Assembly (NCBI GenBank): GCA_965202655.1
Contig: CBDBBK010000001.1
Span: 296,797 to 360,796, forward strand
Source of the DNA: Vicinamibacterales bacterium
GTDB taxonomy: Bacteria > Acidobacteriota > Vicinamibacteria > Vicinamibacterales > UBA8438
Reading direction: 5' to 3'
DNA: 64,000 nt
The notes below the pieces were generated by a model. It was given only the letters and a program-made list of their open reading frames with translations, ran no database searches and was not told the DNA's origin. The position numbers were made by a program, and so were the translations under genes. This document shows positions 28,196 through 36,872 of the stretch, in pieces (position 1 is the first letter of the stretch; every line of letters begins with the position of its first letter).

Positions 28196-29074
28196 TCAGG
28201 CCGAGGCGCCGCCCAGTTCCTCCACCAGCCGGATCAGGGACGACAGATCGTCGCGGCCGAGCCCCCGGCCGTGCAGGCCGTTGATGAACTGCATCGTCAC
28301 CGCGCCGGCCGGCAGCGCAACCCCCAGCGTGTGCGCCAGGCCGAGGACGATGTCGAGATCCTTGTGATAGAGCCGGCTCTCGATGCCGGCCGCGAAGTCG
28401 CGCCGCGCCATCCGGTCGCCAAAAAAGTCGAGCACCCGGCTCGACGCCATCCCGTCCAGCATCGCCTCGCGGACCTGCCCGACGTCCAGGCCCGCCCGCC
28501 GCGCCAGGTTCAGCGACTCCGCCACGCCCTGCGCCGTGATCAACAGCAGCAACTGGTGGCACGCCTTCGTCGCCTGCCCGGCGCCCTGGCCGCCCATGTG
28601 CCGCACCTTCGCGCCGACGGCGTCCAACACCGGGCGGACCCGCTCCAGCGCCGCCGCATCGCCCCCCACCATGATCGAAAGCGTCGCATCGCGCGCGCCA
28701 TGCGGGCCGCCCGAGACGGGCGCGTCGAGCATCTCTATCCCCTGTCCGGCCAGTGCGGCGGCGATCGTCCGGGTGGCCGACGGATCGATCGTGCTGGTGT
28801 CGATGACGACCAGGCCCGCCTCCGCCCCGCTGGCGACACCGTCCTCCCCGAGCAGCACGTGCTCGACGTCGGCGGTGGAGGTCAGCATCGTGAAAACGAC
28901 GTCGCACCGGGCCGCCAGCTCCGCCGGCGAGGCGGCGGCGGTCGCACCCCGCTCGACAAGCGGTTCCGCCGACTCGGGCCGACGCGCCCAGACCGTCACT
29001 TCGTGGCGGGCGCGCAGCAGGTTGAGCGCCATGGGGCGCCCCATTACGCCCAGGCCGATGAATCCAACGCGCAT
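28196..29074 (-). CDS. NAD(P)-dependent 3-hydroxyisobutyrate/2-hydroxy-3-oxopropionate reductase family dehydrogenase
   Basis: ORF 28196..29134 trimmed to ATG 29074. MRVGFIGLGVMGRPMALNL Rossmann motif, DAPVSGG, and GAGQATKACHQ. Confidence 0.9.
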   Translation of the reverse strand: MRVGFIGLGVMGRPMALNLLRARHEVTVWARRPESAEPLVERGATAAASPAELAARCDVVFTMLTSTADVEHVLLGEDGVASGAEAGLVVIDTSTIDPSATRTIAAALAGQGIEMLDAPVSGGPHGARDATLSIMVGGDAAALERVRPVLDAVGAKVRHMGGQGAGQATKACHQLLLLITAQGVAESLNLARRAGLDVGQVREAMLDGMASSRVLDFFGDRMARRDFAAGIESRLYHKDLDIVLGLAHTLGVALPAGAVTMQFINGLHGRGLGRDDLSSLIRLVEELGGASA

Positions 29075-29208
29075 GCGATGCTCCTTCCCGTGTGCGGCAA
29101 TCTCCCGCGTGAGCGTACATGACCGGGGACCCATGCCACCGGGCTGTACTAGAATGACAGGGCGCCGGAGCCGTGCCGCGCCGGCCGAGCCAGGCAGGGG
29201 GAAAGAAG

Positions 29209-30357
29209 ATGATCTGTCGACGCTTCGGATTTGCGCTGTTCATCGTCACCATCGCCATGACGCTCGCGTGCGGCGGGTCCGCTCCGGCGGAGAGCGATCC
29301 CTCCGCGGCCGACGCGGCGCCCGATCCGTTCGAGGGGCTGCCGGGCGGCGCGGGGTTCGTCTTCGATCCCACGTGGCCCAAGCCCCTGCCCGACAACCAG
29401 ACGCTGGGCAATGTCGTCGGCGTCGCGGTCGACTCGCGCGACTTCATCTGGGTGGTCCACCGTCCCGGCAGCCTGTCGCAGCAGGAAGGCGGAGCCGACG
29501 ACGACCCGCCGCTCGCCGAGTGCTGCCGGCCGGCGCCGCCGGTCCTGGTGTTCAACCAGGAGGGCGACCTGGTCGAGGCCTGGGGCGGTCCGGGCGACGG
29601 CTACCAGTGGCCCCAGTCGGAGCACGGGATCTTCATCGATCACATGGACAACGTCTGGCTGGGCGGGAGCGGCGGCGAAGACTCGCACATCCTGAAATTC
29701 ACCCGCGACGGCCAGTTCCTGATGCAGATCGGCGCGCAGGGCGAAGGCCAGGGAAGCAACGACACCGCGAACTTCGGCCAGCCGGCGGAGATCGACGTCG
29801 ATCCGGAAACGAACGAGGTGTTCATCGCGGACGGCTACGGCAACCGGCGGGTCGCGGTCTTCGACGGCGACACGGGCGAGCACCTGCGGCACTGGGGCGC
29901 CTACGGCAACGTACCGACCGACGATGCCTACACCTACGATCCCGACGCGCCGCCGGCGCAGCAGTTCGGCCGTCCGGTCCACTGCGCCACCCTCTCGGAT
30001 GACGGCCGCCTCTACGTCTGCGACCGGGTGAACAACCGGATTCAGGTGTTCGAGCGGGACGGCACGTACATCGACGAGGTGGTCATGGCGCCGCGGACGC
30101 TCGATTTCGGTTCGGCGTTCGACGTCGACTTCTCTCCCGATCCGGCCCAGGAGTTTCTTTACAACATCGACGGCATGAACGCGAGGGTGTGGGTGATTTC
30201 GCGCGCGGACCTGTCGATCGTCGACTCGTTCGGCTTCGGCGGCCACCAGGCGGGCGGCTTCACCGCGGCGCACAGCCTCGCCGTCGACTCGAGCGGGAAC
30301 CTCTACGTCGGAGAAACCCTCGAAGGGAAACGGGTGCAGCGCTTCGTCCGCCGGTAG
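29209..30357 (+). CDS. NHL-repeat lipoprotein resembling peptidyl-alpha-hydroxyglycine alpha-amidating lyase (PAL)
   Basis: ORF 29173..30357 trimmed to ATG 29209. Lipobox MTLACG. FIWVVHRPG, QSEHGIFIDHMDNVW, FGQPAEIDVDPETNEVFIADGYGNRRVAVFD and NLYVGETLEGKRVQRF recall the PAL six-bladed propeller, including its xDGYxNxR segment. Confidence 0.65.
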   Translation: MICRRFGFALFIVTIAMTLACGGSAPAESDPSAADAAPDPFEGLPGGAGFVFDPTWPKPLPDNQTLGNVVGVAVDSRDFIWVVHRPGSLSQQEGGADDDPPLAECCRPAPPVLVFNQEGDLVEAWGGPGDGYQWPQSEHGIFIDHMDNVWLGGSGGEDSHILKFTRDGQFLMQIGAQGEGQGSNDTANFGQPAEIDVDPETNEVFIADGYGNRRVAVFDGDTGEHLRHWGAYGNVPTDDAYTYDPDAPPAQQFGRPVHCATLSDDGRLYVCDRVNNRIQVFERDGTYIDEVVMAPRTLDFGSAFDVDFSPDPAQEFLYNIDGMNARVWVISRADLSIVDSFGFGGHQAGGFTAAHSLAVDSSGNLYVGETLEGKRVQRFVRR

Positions 30358-30385
30358 GACAGAAGCCCCCTGCTATGATTCGTCC

Positions 30386-31252
30386 ATGCTGACGACTGGA
30401 CGACAAGCCCCCTGGATTGCGGCCTCCCTGGCCGTCGCCGCCCTGCTGGTGTCGACTCCCGCGGCGGGTCAGCCGGCGGACTTCGAACCGCCCCGGCTGT
30501 CGAACGGCAACCCCGACCTGAACGGCATCTGGCAGGCGCTCAGCGCGGCGCACTACGACCTCGAGCCGCACAACGCACGCCATGCGATGCAGTTGCGGGA
30601 GGGGCCGCGCGGCCCGCTGCCGGACGTGCCGGTGCTGCGCCTCGGCGCGGTCGGGGCCGTGCCCGGGAGCATGGGTTTCATCGTGGGTGGCGGGCAGATT
30701 CCGTACACCGACGAGGCCCGCGCCCTCAAGGAGGAGAACCACGCCAACTGGCTGGATCGCGATCCGGAGATCAAGTGCTACATGCCGGGCGTCCCGCGCG
30801 CCACCTATATGCCATTTCCGTTCCAGATCTTCCAGAACGAGGGCAACATCCTGATCGCCTACGAGTTCGCGGGAGCCGTCCGCGAGATCTATCTGGAAGA
30901 TGTCGGCCCGGCGGAAACCGATTCGTGGATGGGTCAGTCGGTCGGACGGTGGGAGGGCGACACGCTGGTCGTGGAGGTGACGGGCCAGAGTGACCAGACC
31001 TGGTTCGACCGGGCCGGCAGCCACCATTCGAACCAGTTGGTCGTCACCGAGCGCTACACCCTCATCAGTCCGAACCACGTTCAGTACGAAGCGACGATGG
31101 AAGACCCGAACGTCTTCACGGAGCCCTGGACCATCCGGATGCCGCTGTACCGCCGGATGGAAGATGGCGCCCGTCTGATGGATTTCAAGTGCGTGGAGTT
31201 CGTCGAGGAACTGATCTATGGCGAGTTCCGCCGGACGCCCCTGCCCCGCTGA
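30386..31252 (+). CDS. Exported protein, distant relative of the ACHEGNY family
   Basis: Signal peptide; PRLSNGNPDLNGIW; first Cys EIKCYMPGVP; FQNEGNILIAYE; GQSVGRWEGDTLVVEVTG; VTERYTL; MEDPNVFTEPWT; C-terminal Cys DFKCVEF. The order matches the core family, but the ACHEGNY tail is missing. Confidence 0.65.
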   Translation: MLTTGRQAPWIAASLAVAALLVSTPAAGQPADFEPPRLSNGNPDLNGIWQALSAAHYDLEPHNARHAMQLREGPRGPLPDVPVLRLGAVGAVPGSMGFIVGGGQIPYTDEARALKEENHANWLDRDPEIKCYMPGVPRATYMPFPFQIFQNEGNILIAYEFAGAVREIYLEDVGPAETDSWMGQSVGRWEGDTLVVEVTGQSDQTWFDRAGSHHSNQLVVTERYTLISPNHVQYEATMEDPNVFTEPWTIRMPLYRRMEDGARLMDFKCVEFVEELIYGEFRRTPLPR

Positions 31253-31298
31253 CAGCCCGTGGCCGTGGCAGGCGCAACCGGCATCCGCGGAGGGTAGT

Positions 31299-32387
31299 AT
31301 GGCAAGCATGCACACGGCGCTCCGGTTCGTGATCGCCCTCGGCGTTACGGGCGCGGTGGTCGTCTCCGCGGCGGGACAGGACATCCCCCGAACTGCGAGC
31401 GGACGGCCCGACCTGTCCGGCACCTACGACACGGCGACGCTGACACCGCTGCAGCGGCCCGAAGAGTTCGGCGACCGGCTGACGCTGAACGAGGAAGAGG
31501 CTGCCGCAATCGCCTCCGGCGAGCCGGTCGCTCTGGCGGCGGCGTTCGGCATCCCGGCCGAGCGCAACATCGAAGCGGCCCCGCCGACCGAGGCGCCACC
31601 CGTTGGCGGCGACGGATCGACCGGCGCGGCCGGCGGAGTCGGCGGCTACAACACGTTCTGGATGGACCGCGGAACCTCGGCGTTCCAGATCGACGGCCAG
31701 TGGCGCACGTCGATCATCACGGATCCGCCCAACGGCCGGCGGCCGCCCCTCACTCCCGAGGCGCAGGCCGCCGCGGCCGCGTTGGCCGGGTTCTTTCGGC
31801 CCAACACCGGCACCGCCTGGTGGCTCATCGAGAATGGACTCGACGCGCCCGGGCCGTATGACGATCCGGAGATTCGTCCGCTGGCCGAGCGCTGCCTGCT
31901 CGGCTTCGGCTCGACCGCCGGACCGCCGATGCTGCCCGTCCTCTACAACAACCTGAAGCGGATCGTGCAGACCGACGACTACGTGATGATCCTGGTCGAG
32001 ATGGTCCACGATGTGCGGATCGTCCGCATGAACGAGGAGCATGCGCCGTCCGGGATCCGGAACTGGCTGGGGGACTCGGTCGGCCACTGGGAGGGCGACA
32101 CGCTGGTCGTCGACACCACCAATTTCACCGATCAGCCGGCCCTCAGCGGGGCCTCGCGGAACCTCCACGTGGTGGAACGTTTCACGCGGGTCGACGCCGA
32201 TACGCTCCTCTACCAGTTCACCGTGGACGACCCGACCATCTGGGCCGCGCCCTGGAGCGGCGAGTACATCTGGCCGGCCACGAACGACCGGGTCTACGAG
32301 TACGCCTGCCACGAGGCGAACTACTCGTTCCGGGGTATTCTGGGCGGGGCGCGCATCCTGGAGCAGGACGTGCGCGAAGGACGCTAG
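31299..32387 (+). CDS. ACHEGNY-family paralog F, exported
   Basis: ORF 31218..32387 trimmed to ATG 31299 after GGAGGG. MASMHTALRFVIALGVTGAVVVSAAGQ; GRPDLSGTYD; AERCLLGF; VHDVRIVRMN; GDSVGHWEGDTLVVDTTNF; YEYACHEANYSF. Confidence 0.85.
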   Translation: MASMHTALRFVIALGVTGAVVVSAAGQDIPRTASGRPDLSGTYDTATLTPLQRPEEFGDRLTLNEEEAAAIASGEPVALAAAFGIPAERNIEAAPPTEAPPVGGDGSTGAAGGVGGYNTFWMDRGTSAFQIDGQWRTSIITDPPNGRRPPLTPEAQAAAAALAGFFRPNTGTAWWLIENGLDAPGPYDDPEIRPLAERCLLGFGSTAGPPMLPVLYNNLKRIVQTDDYVMILVEMVHDVRIVRMNEEHAPSGIRNWLGDSVGHWEGDTLVVDTTNFTDQPALSGASRNLHVVERFTRVDADTLLYQFTVDDPTIWAAPWSGEYIWPATNDRVYEYACHEANYSFRGILGGARILEQDVREGR

Positions 32388-32417
32388 TCGCCCCCGGTAG
32401 AGAGGCACTCCCGGGGC

Positions 32418-33503
32418 ATGGAGGTGATGATGCTGGGGCGAGCGATCGCGGCGGCAACCGTGCTGGCGTTGGCGGCGCCTGCCGCAATCCAGGCGCAGGA
32501 GATTCCGCGGACGCCCAGTGGTCGGCCCGATCTGTCGGGCACCTACGACATCGCCACGTTGACGCCGCTGCAGCGGCCGGAGCGCTTCGGCGACACCCTG
32601 TCGCTCTCGGAGGAAGAAGCGGCGGCCATCGCGCGGCAGGAGTTCGACCGCAACGCGCAGCGTAACCAGGCGAGCGACCCGAACCGCGAGGCGCCGCCCG
32701 TCGGCGGCGACGGATCGCCGGGCGCCGCCGGCAATGTGGGGGGCTATAACACTTTCTGGATCGACCGCGGCGCCGGCGCATTCCAGATCGACGGCGAGTG
32801 GCGCACGTCGATCATCACCGACCCGGCCAACGGCCGGCAGCCGCCGCGGACCGAGGCGGCGCGGGCGCGGGCAGCCGAGCGGGCCGCGTTCGCCCGGCCG
32901 AACAGCGGGACCGCATGGTGGATGATCGAGAACGGCCTGGACGCTCCCGGTCCCTACGACGATCCGGAGATCCGCCCGCTCGCCGAGCGCTGCCTCCTCG
33001 GCTTCGGCTCGACCGCCGGGCCGCCGATGCTGCCGGTCCTCTACAACAACCTGAAGCGGATCATCCAGACCGACGACTACGTGATGATCCTGGTCGAGAT
33101 GGTGCACGACGCGCGCATCGTCCGGATGAACCAGGAACATGCCCCACCCGGGATCCGGAACTGGCTGGGCGACTCGGTCGGCCACTGGGAAGGCGACACG
33201 CTGGTCATCGACACGACGAACTTCAACGACACGCCGGCGCTGCGGGGCGCGACGCGCGACCTTCACGTGGTGGAGCGCTTCACCCGGCTGGACGCCGACA
33301 CGTTGCTTTATCAGTTCACGGTGGAGGATCCGAACGTCTGGACCGCGCCCTGGAGCGGCGAGTACGTCTGGCCAGCCAGCGACACGCGAGTCTACGAGTA
33401 CGCCTGTCACGAAGCGAACTATTCCTTCCAGGGAATCCTCGGCGGGGCGCGCATCCTGGAGCAGGACGTCCGCGAGGGACGGGTGCCGGATCCGCCACAA
33501 TAG
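32418..33503 (+). CDS. ACHEGNY-family paralog G, exported (tandem duplicate of F)
   Basis: About 80 percent identical to F by eye over the mature protein, for example LAERCLLGFGSTAGPPMLPVLYNNLKRI and RVYEYACHEANYSF. The start could also be ATG 32427 or 32430. Confidence 0.85.
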   Translation: MEVMMLGRAIAAATVLALAAPAAIQAQEIPRTPSGRPDLSGTYDIATLTPLQRPERFGDTLSLSEEEAAAIARQEFDRNAQRNQASDPNREAPPVGGDGSPGAAGNVGGYNTFWIDRGAGAFQIDGEWRTSIITDPANGRQPPRTEAARARAAERAAFARPNSGTAWWMIENGLDAPGPYDDPEIRPLAERCLLGFGSTAGPPMLPVLYNNLKRIIQTDDYVMILVEMVHDARIVRMNQEHAPPGIRNWLGDSVGHWEGDTLVIDTTNFNDTPALRGATRDLHVVERFTRLDADTLLYQFTVEDPNVWTAPWSGEYVWPASDTRVYEYACHEANYSFQGILGGARILEQDVREGRVPDPPQ

Positions 33504-33571
33504 ACCGGATGCAGGCAGAAGCTGCCACACGCAGCAGGGAAACGGCAGGGAGAAGCCACAGGGGAACCGTC

Positions 33572-34033
33572 ATGCAGAAACTGTCACACCACTCGCGGCG
33601 CGCAGCGCCTTTCCTGCTTGGCCTTCTGGCCACCGGCCTCATCGCCTTCGTCACGGCCGGCACACCGGTGGATGCCCACCACGCCTTCGGCGCGGAGTTC
33701 GATCCGAACCGTCCCGTGCTCCTGCGCGGGCCGGTCGTCAGGGTGGAATGGGTCAACCCCCACACGTGGATCCACATGGAGGTGACCAACGAAGACGGCA
33801 CCACGGACGTGTGGATGGTCGAAGGCGGCACGCCGAATACGCTGCTGCGACGCGGACTGAGCCGGGACTACATCCAGCCCGGCACGATCATCGTCGTGGA
33901 CGGGTACCAGAGCAAGGATCGGACCACGCGCGCCAACGGCCGCGACGTCACGTTCGAGGACGGCCGGAAGTTCTTCATGGGCTCGTCCGGCACCGGCGCG
34001 CCTTACGACAACCCGCAGAACCGGAACCGGTAG
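33572..34033 (+). CDS. DUF6152-like small exported protein
   Basis: ATG 33572 within ORF 32798..34033. The signal peptide ends VDAHHAFGAEFDPNRPVLLRGPVVRVEWVNPHTWIHMEV, the pattern I associate with DUF6152. Confidence 0.7.
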   Translation: MQKLSHHSRRAAPFLLGLLATGLIAFVTAGTPVDAHHAFGAEFDPNRPVLLRGPVVRVEWVNPHTWIHMEVTNEDGTTDVWMVEGGTPNTLLRRGLSRDYIQPGTIIVVDGYQSKDRTTRANGRDVTFEDGRKFFMGSSGTGAPYDNPQNRNR

Positions 34034-34100
34034 ACCACCAGCCGCCGGGTGCTTCGGTTCGTGCTAGAGTCAGGCATCCCGATTCCGACGAGGTGATCCA

Positions 34101-35084
34101 ATGACCTTCCGTTTCTCCTGGCACGGCGTGATGGCGTGCGCCGTCCTGCTGGCATTTGCTCCCGCCGCCCTGGCCCAGTCGGGCAGCGGCAGCGCCCTCC
34201 GCACCCCGGACGGCCATCCGGACATCAGCGGCGTCTGGGACTTCCGGACCGTAACGCCCCTTGAGCGGCCCGAACAGTTCGCCGACAAGGAGTTCCTGAC
34301 CGAGGAAGAGGTGGCCGCCTACGAGCAGGAACGGGTCCGCGCCAACAACGCCGACCTGAACCGGGAAGACACGACCACCGACCGCGCCGTGGTGAACGGC
34401 ACGCGCGAGAGCGCCGACCTCCGCCTGGCCTACAACGACTTCTGGTGGGACCGCGGAACGACCGCGGTGGAGACGCGCCGGACGTCGCTCGTCGTCGATC
34501 CGCCGAACGGCCGGATCCCGCCGCTTACCGAAGCGGCGCAGGCGCGCAGCGACGAGCGGGTTCGCATCAGCCAGCGGCCGTCGGAGGGACCGGAGGACCG
34601 CTCCCTCGCCGAGCGGTGCATCACGGGATTCAACTCGGGCCCGCCGATGTTGCCGGCCGCCTACAACATGAACGTGCAGATCTTCCAGACGAAGGACCAC
34701 GTCGTGCTGCTCAACGAAATGGTCCACAACGCGCGGATCGTCCCGCTCGATGGATCGACGCATGACGTACCCCTCTGGACGGGCGTGTCGACCGGCCGCT
34801 GGGAAGGCGACACCCTCGTGGTCGAGACGAAGAACTTCCTCCGCGAAACGAGCTTCCGAAACTCGAGCAAGAACCTGATGCTGACCGAGCGGTTCGAGCG
34901 GCTCGACGACGACACGCTGGTCTACACCTTCACGGTGGAGGATCCGACGACATGGACCGCGCCGTGGTCGGTGGAGCTGCCGATGCGGCGGAGCGACATG
35001 CCGATCTTCGAGTACGCCTGCCACGAGGGGAACTACGGCATGGAAGGGACCCTGAGCGGCGCCCGTTACGTCGAGAACCGGTAA
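34101..35084 (+). CDS. ACHEGNY-family paralog H, exported
   Basis: MTFRFSWHGVMACAVLLAFAPAALAQ; DGHPDISGVWDF; AERCITGFN; VHNARIVPLDGSTH; GVSTGRWEGDTLVVETKNF; FEYACHEGNYGMEG. Confidence 0.85.
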   Translation: MTFRFSWHGVMACAVLLAFAPAALAQSGSGSALRTPDGHPDISGVWDFRTVTPLERPEQFADKEFLTEEEVAAYEQERVRANNADLNREDTTTDRAVVNGTRESADLRLAYNDFWWDRGTTAVETRRTSLVVDPPNGRIPPLTEAAQARSDERVRISQRPSEGPEDRSLAERCITGFNSGPPMLPAAYNMNVQIFQTKDHVVLLNEMVHNARIVPLDGSTHDVPLWTGVSTGRWEGDTLVVETKNFLRETSFRNSSKNLMLTERFERLDDDTLVYTFTVEDPTTWTAPWSVELPMRRSDMPIFEYACHEGNYGMEGTLSGARYVENR

Positions 35085-35146
35085 GCGATCCGAGCCGGCG
35101 CGGCCGTCTCGCCGCCAACTCCGCTCCAGGGGCTCCTAGGCTGACG

Positions 35147-35998
35147 ATGCCTTCCGTTTCGCAGCCCCGTGTCGCCGCCGCAGCCCTGCTGGTTGCCGCG
35201 GGGGCCGGGGCTGTCGTGCTGTACGGCGCGAACCCGTCCGGACGGGAGGTTCAGGATCCGCCCGCGGTCGGCCAGGACGGCAAGGATGTGGAATGGGTTC
35301 CGACGCCGGACGCGCTGACCGAGACGATGCTCGACATGGCCGACCTCGGCCCGGACGATGTCCTGATGGACCTCGGCTCGGGCGACGGGCGGCTGGTAAT
35401 CGAGGCGGCGAGGCGCGGCGCACGCGCCATCGGCGTGGAGTACGACGCCCAACTCGTGGCGCTGTCGCGCGAGCGGGCCGCCGATGCCGGGATGTCCGGG
35501 CGCGCCTCGTTCCGGCAGGCGGATCTGTTCGAGGTCGATCTGTCGGAAGCCACGGTCGTCACCCTCTTCCTGCTCCCGGATCTGAACCTGCGGCTACGGC
35601 CGACGCTGCTCGACCTCGCCCCGGGCACGCGCATCGTCTCGAACACGTGGGACATGGGCGCCTGGGCGGCGGACGAGACGATCCAGATCGAGCCCTGCCC
35701 CGGCTTCTGTACGGCGCTCCTCTGGATTGTTCCCGCCCGCGTCGCCGGCGCGTGGGTGACGGCGAACGGGGACGACACGTTCCGCTTCGAACAGCGGTTT
35801 CAGACGGTCACCGGTACGTTCCGCCGGCAGGGCGGCGGCGCGCTGACCCTGGACGACGTCGCGCTCCTGGGTGACGCGCTGACGTTCCGCGCCGACGGCA
35901 CGCTCTACCGCGGCGTGGTGGACGGCGACACGATCACGGGTACGGCGACGGCCGGCGGCAGGCAGTCCGCCTGGACCGTCACGCGCGCGGGGCCGTAG
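35147..35998 (+). CDS. Membrane-anchored class I SAM-dependent methyltransferase
   Basis: ORF 34952..35998 trimmed to ATG 35147. N-terminal TM segment, then VLMDLGSGDGRLVIEAARRGARAIGVE (motif I) and VVTLFLLP. Confidence 0.75.
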   Translation: MPSVSQPRVAAAALLVAAGAGAVVLYGANPSGREVQDPPAVGQDGKDVEWVPTPDALTETMLDMADLGPDDVLMDLGSGDGRLVIEAARRGARAIGVEYDAQLVALSRERAADAGMSGRASFRQADLFEVDLSEATVVTLFLLPDLNLRLRPTLLDLAPGTRIVSNTWDMGAWAADETIQIEPCPGFCTALLWIVPARVAGAWVTANGDDTFRFEQRFQTVTGTFRRQGGGALTLDDVALLGDALTFRADGTLYRGVVDGDTITGTATAGGRQSAWTVTRAGP

Positions 35999-36023
35999 GA
36001 TCCCGCGCGAGGAGGGGCGTCAG

Positions 36024-36680
36024 ATGAAAGCCAATCGTCACCGCATTGCCGCGGCCGCCGGGAAGCTCGCGGCCATCATCGTTCTGGCGCCGACGTACGC
36101 CATGACCGCCACCGCACAGGACCGCATGCCGGCGATTCCGGAAGCGGAGTTGACCGAGGCCCAGCGGGCCGCCGTCGAGGAGTTCAAGACCGTCCGCAAC
36201 CGAACCAGCGTCGGCGGCCCGTTCGTTCCCCTGCTTCGGAGCCCGGAAGTAATGAGCCGCGCCCGCAACGTGGGCGACTACGTTCGCTACCAGACGGCGC
36301 TCCCGCCGCGGCTGAGCGAGTTCGTCATCCTGCTCACGGCGCGCCACTGGACGCAACAGTACGAATGGTACGTCCATGCGCCGATCGCCGAACGCGAAGG
36401 GCTCGATCGTTCCATCATCGACGCCGTCGCGGACGGCCGCCGCCCCGGCGCCATGGCGGACGACGAGGGGGCGGTCTACGACTTCGTGACGGAACTGTTC
36501 CGCACGCGGGGAGTCAGCGATCCGACCTACGCCCGCCTCGTCGACCACCTCGGCGAACGCGGCGTCGTCGACACCATCGGCATCATGGGCTACTACCAGC
36601 TCCTCGCCATGATGATGAACACCGCTCGGACCCCGCTTCCGGACGGCGTCGAGCCGGCCCTGCCGGCGTTCCCCCGGTAA
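36024..36680 (+). CDS. Carboxymuconolactone decarboxylase (CMD/AhpD-like) family protein with signal peptide
   Basis: Signal-like N-terminus. FVILLTARHWTQQYEWYVHAPIA and the duplicated CMD-type helices (GVVDTIGIMGYYQLLAMMMN). Confidence 0.7.
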   Translation: MKANRHRIAAAAGKLAAIIVLAPTYAMTATAQDRMPAIPEAELTEAQRAAVEEFKTVRNRTSVGGPFVPLLRSPEVMSRARNVGDYVRYQTALPPRLSEFVILLTARHWTQQYEWYVHAPIAEREGLDRSIIDAVADGRRPGAMADDEGAVYDFVTELFRTRGVSDPTYARLVDHLGERGVVDTIGIMGYYQLLAMMMNTARTPLPDGVEPALPAFPR

Positions 36681-36762
36681 CCAAGATCGCTGTGGACCGT
36701 GCCAACCGATCCGCACGGCGCGCACTCTCATCCGGGGGAGCGATCCGCGAGGACGATTAAGT

Positions 36763-36822
36763 ATAACGGTATGGAAAAACCGATGATTTTGCATTTACAA
36801 CACGACGTGAATCTTGTTTAAT
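36763..36822 (+). promoter_or_regulatory. AT-rich promoter-like module, left copy (-35 TTTACA at 36794-36799, 17-nt spacer, -10 TTTAAT at 36817-36822)
   Basis: This is a local AT-rich island in a GC-rich window. It lies 51 nt upstream of the precursor ATG. An inverted, roughly 75-80 percent identical copy is found at 53834..53900. The shared core is CCGATGATTTTGCATTT(T)ACAA. Confidence 0.55.
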
Positions 36823-36872
36823 AGTTTGTGTAGCTTGAAAGGCTGTTTCGTTCGTTCAAAAGGAGATCATTG

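Larger units (their letters stand above)
31299..33503 (+). repeat. Tandem direct duplication of a ~1.1-kb gene unit (paralogs F and G)
   Basis: Long near-identical nucleotide stretches appear in both copies, for example ctcggcttcggctcgaccgcc...ctctacaacaacctgaagcggatc...cagaccgacgactacgtgatgatcctggtcgagatggt, about 1.1 kb apart. Confidence 0.8.

Noticed and set aside
26940-29555. 871-aa minus-strand ORF, plus the 697-aa plus-strand ORF 27029..29122 and 28383..30002
   Set aside because: They span several well-supported genes (paralog D, the HIBADH-like dehydrogenase, the NHL lipoprotein) in other frames or strands. Their composition is low-complexity and R/G/A/P-rich.
31185-33530. 781-aa ORF antisense to paralogs F and G
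   Set aside because: It mirrors the tandem duplication on the opposite strand and has no motifs. The sense-strand genes have SD sequences, signal peptides and family motifs.
36678-36690. 13-nt direct repeat TAACCAAGATCGC (also at 53836-53848) read as attL/attR of an integrated island
   Set aside because: I do not call it an att site. A 13-mer match is expected by chance many times in 64 kb, although less so this close to both edges. The right copy lies inside the promoter module, so the module would straddle the supposed junction. No integrase is present. I mention it only as a possible scar.
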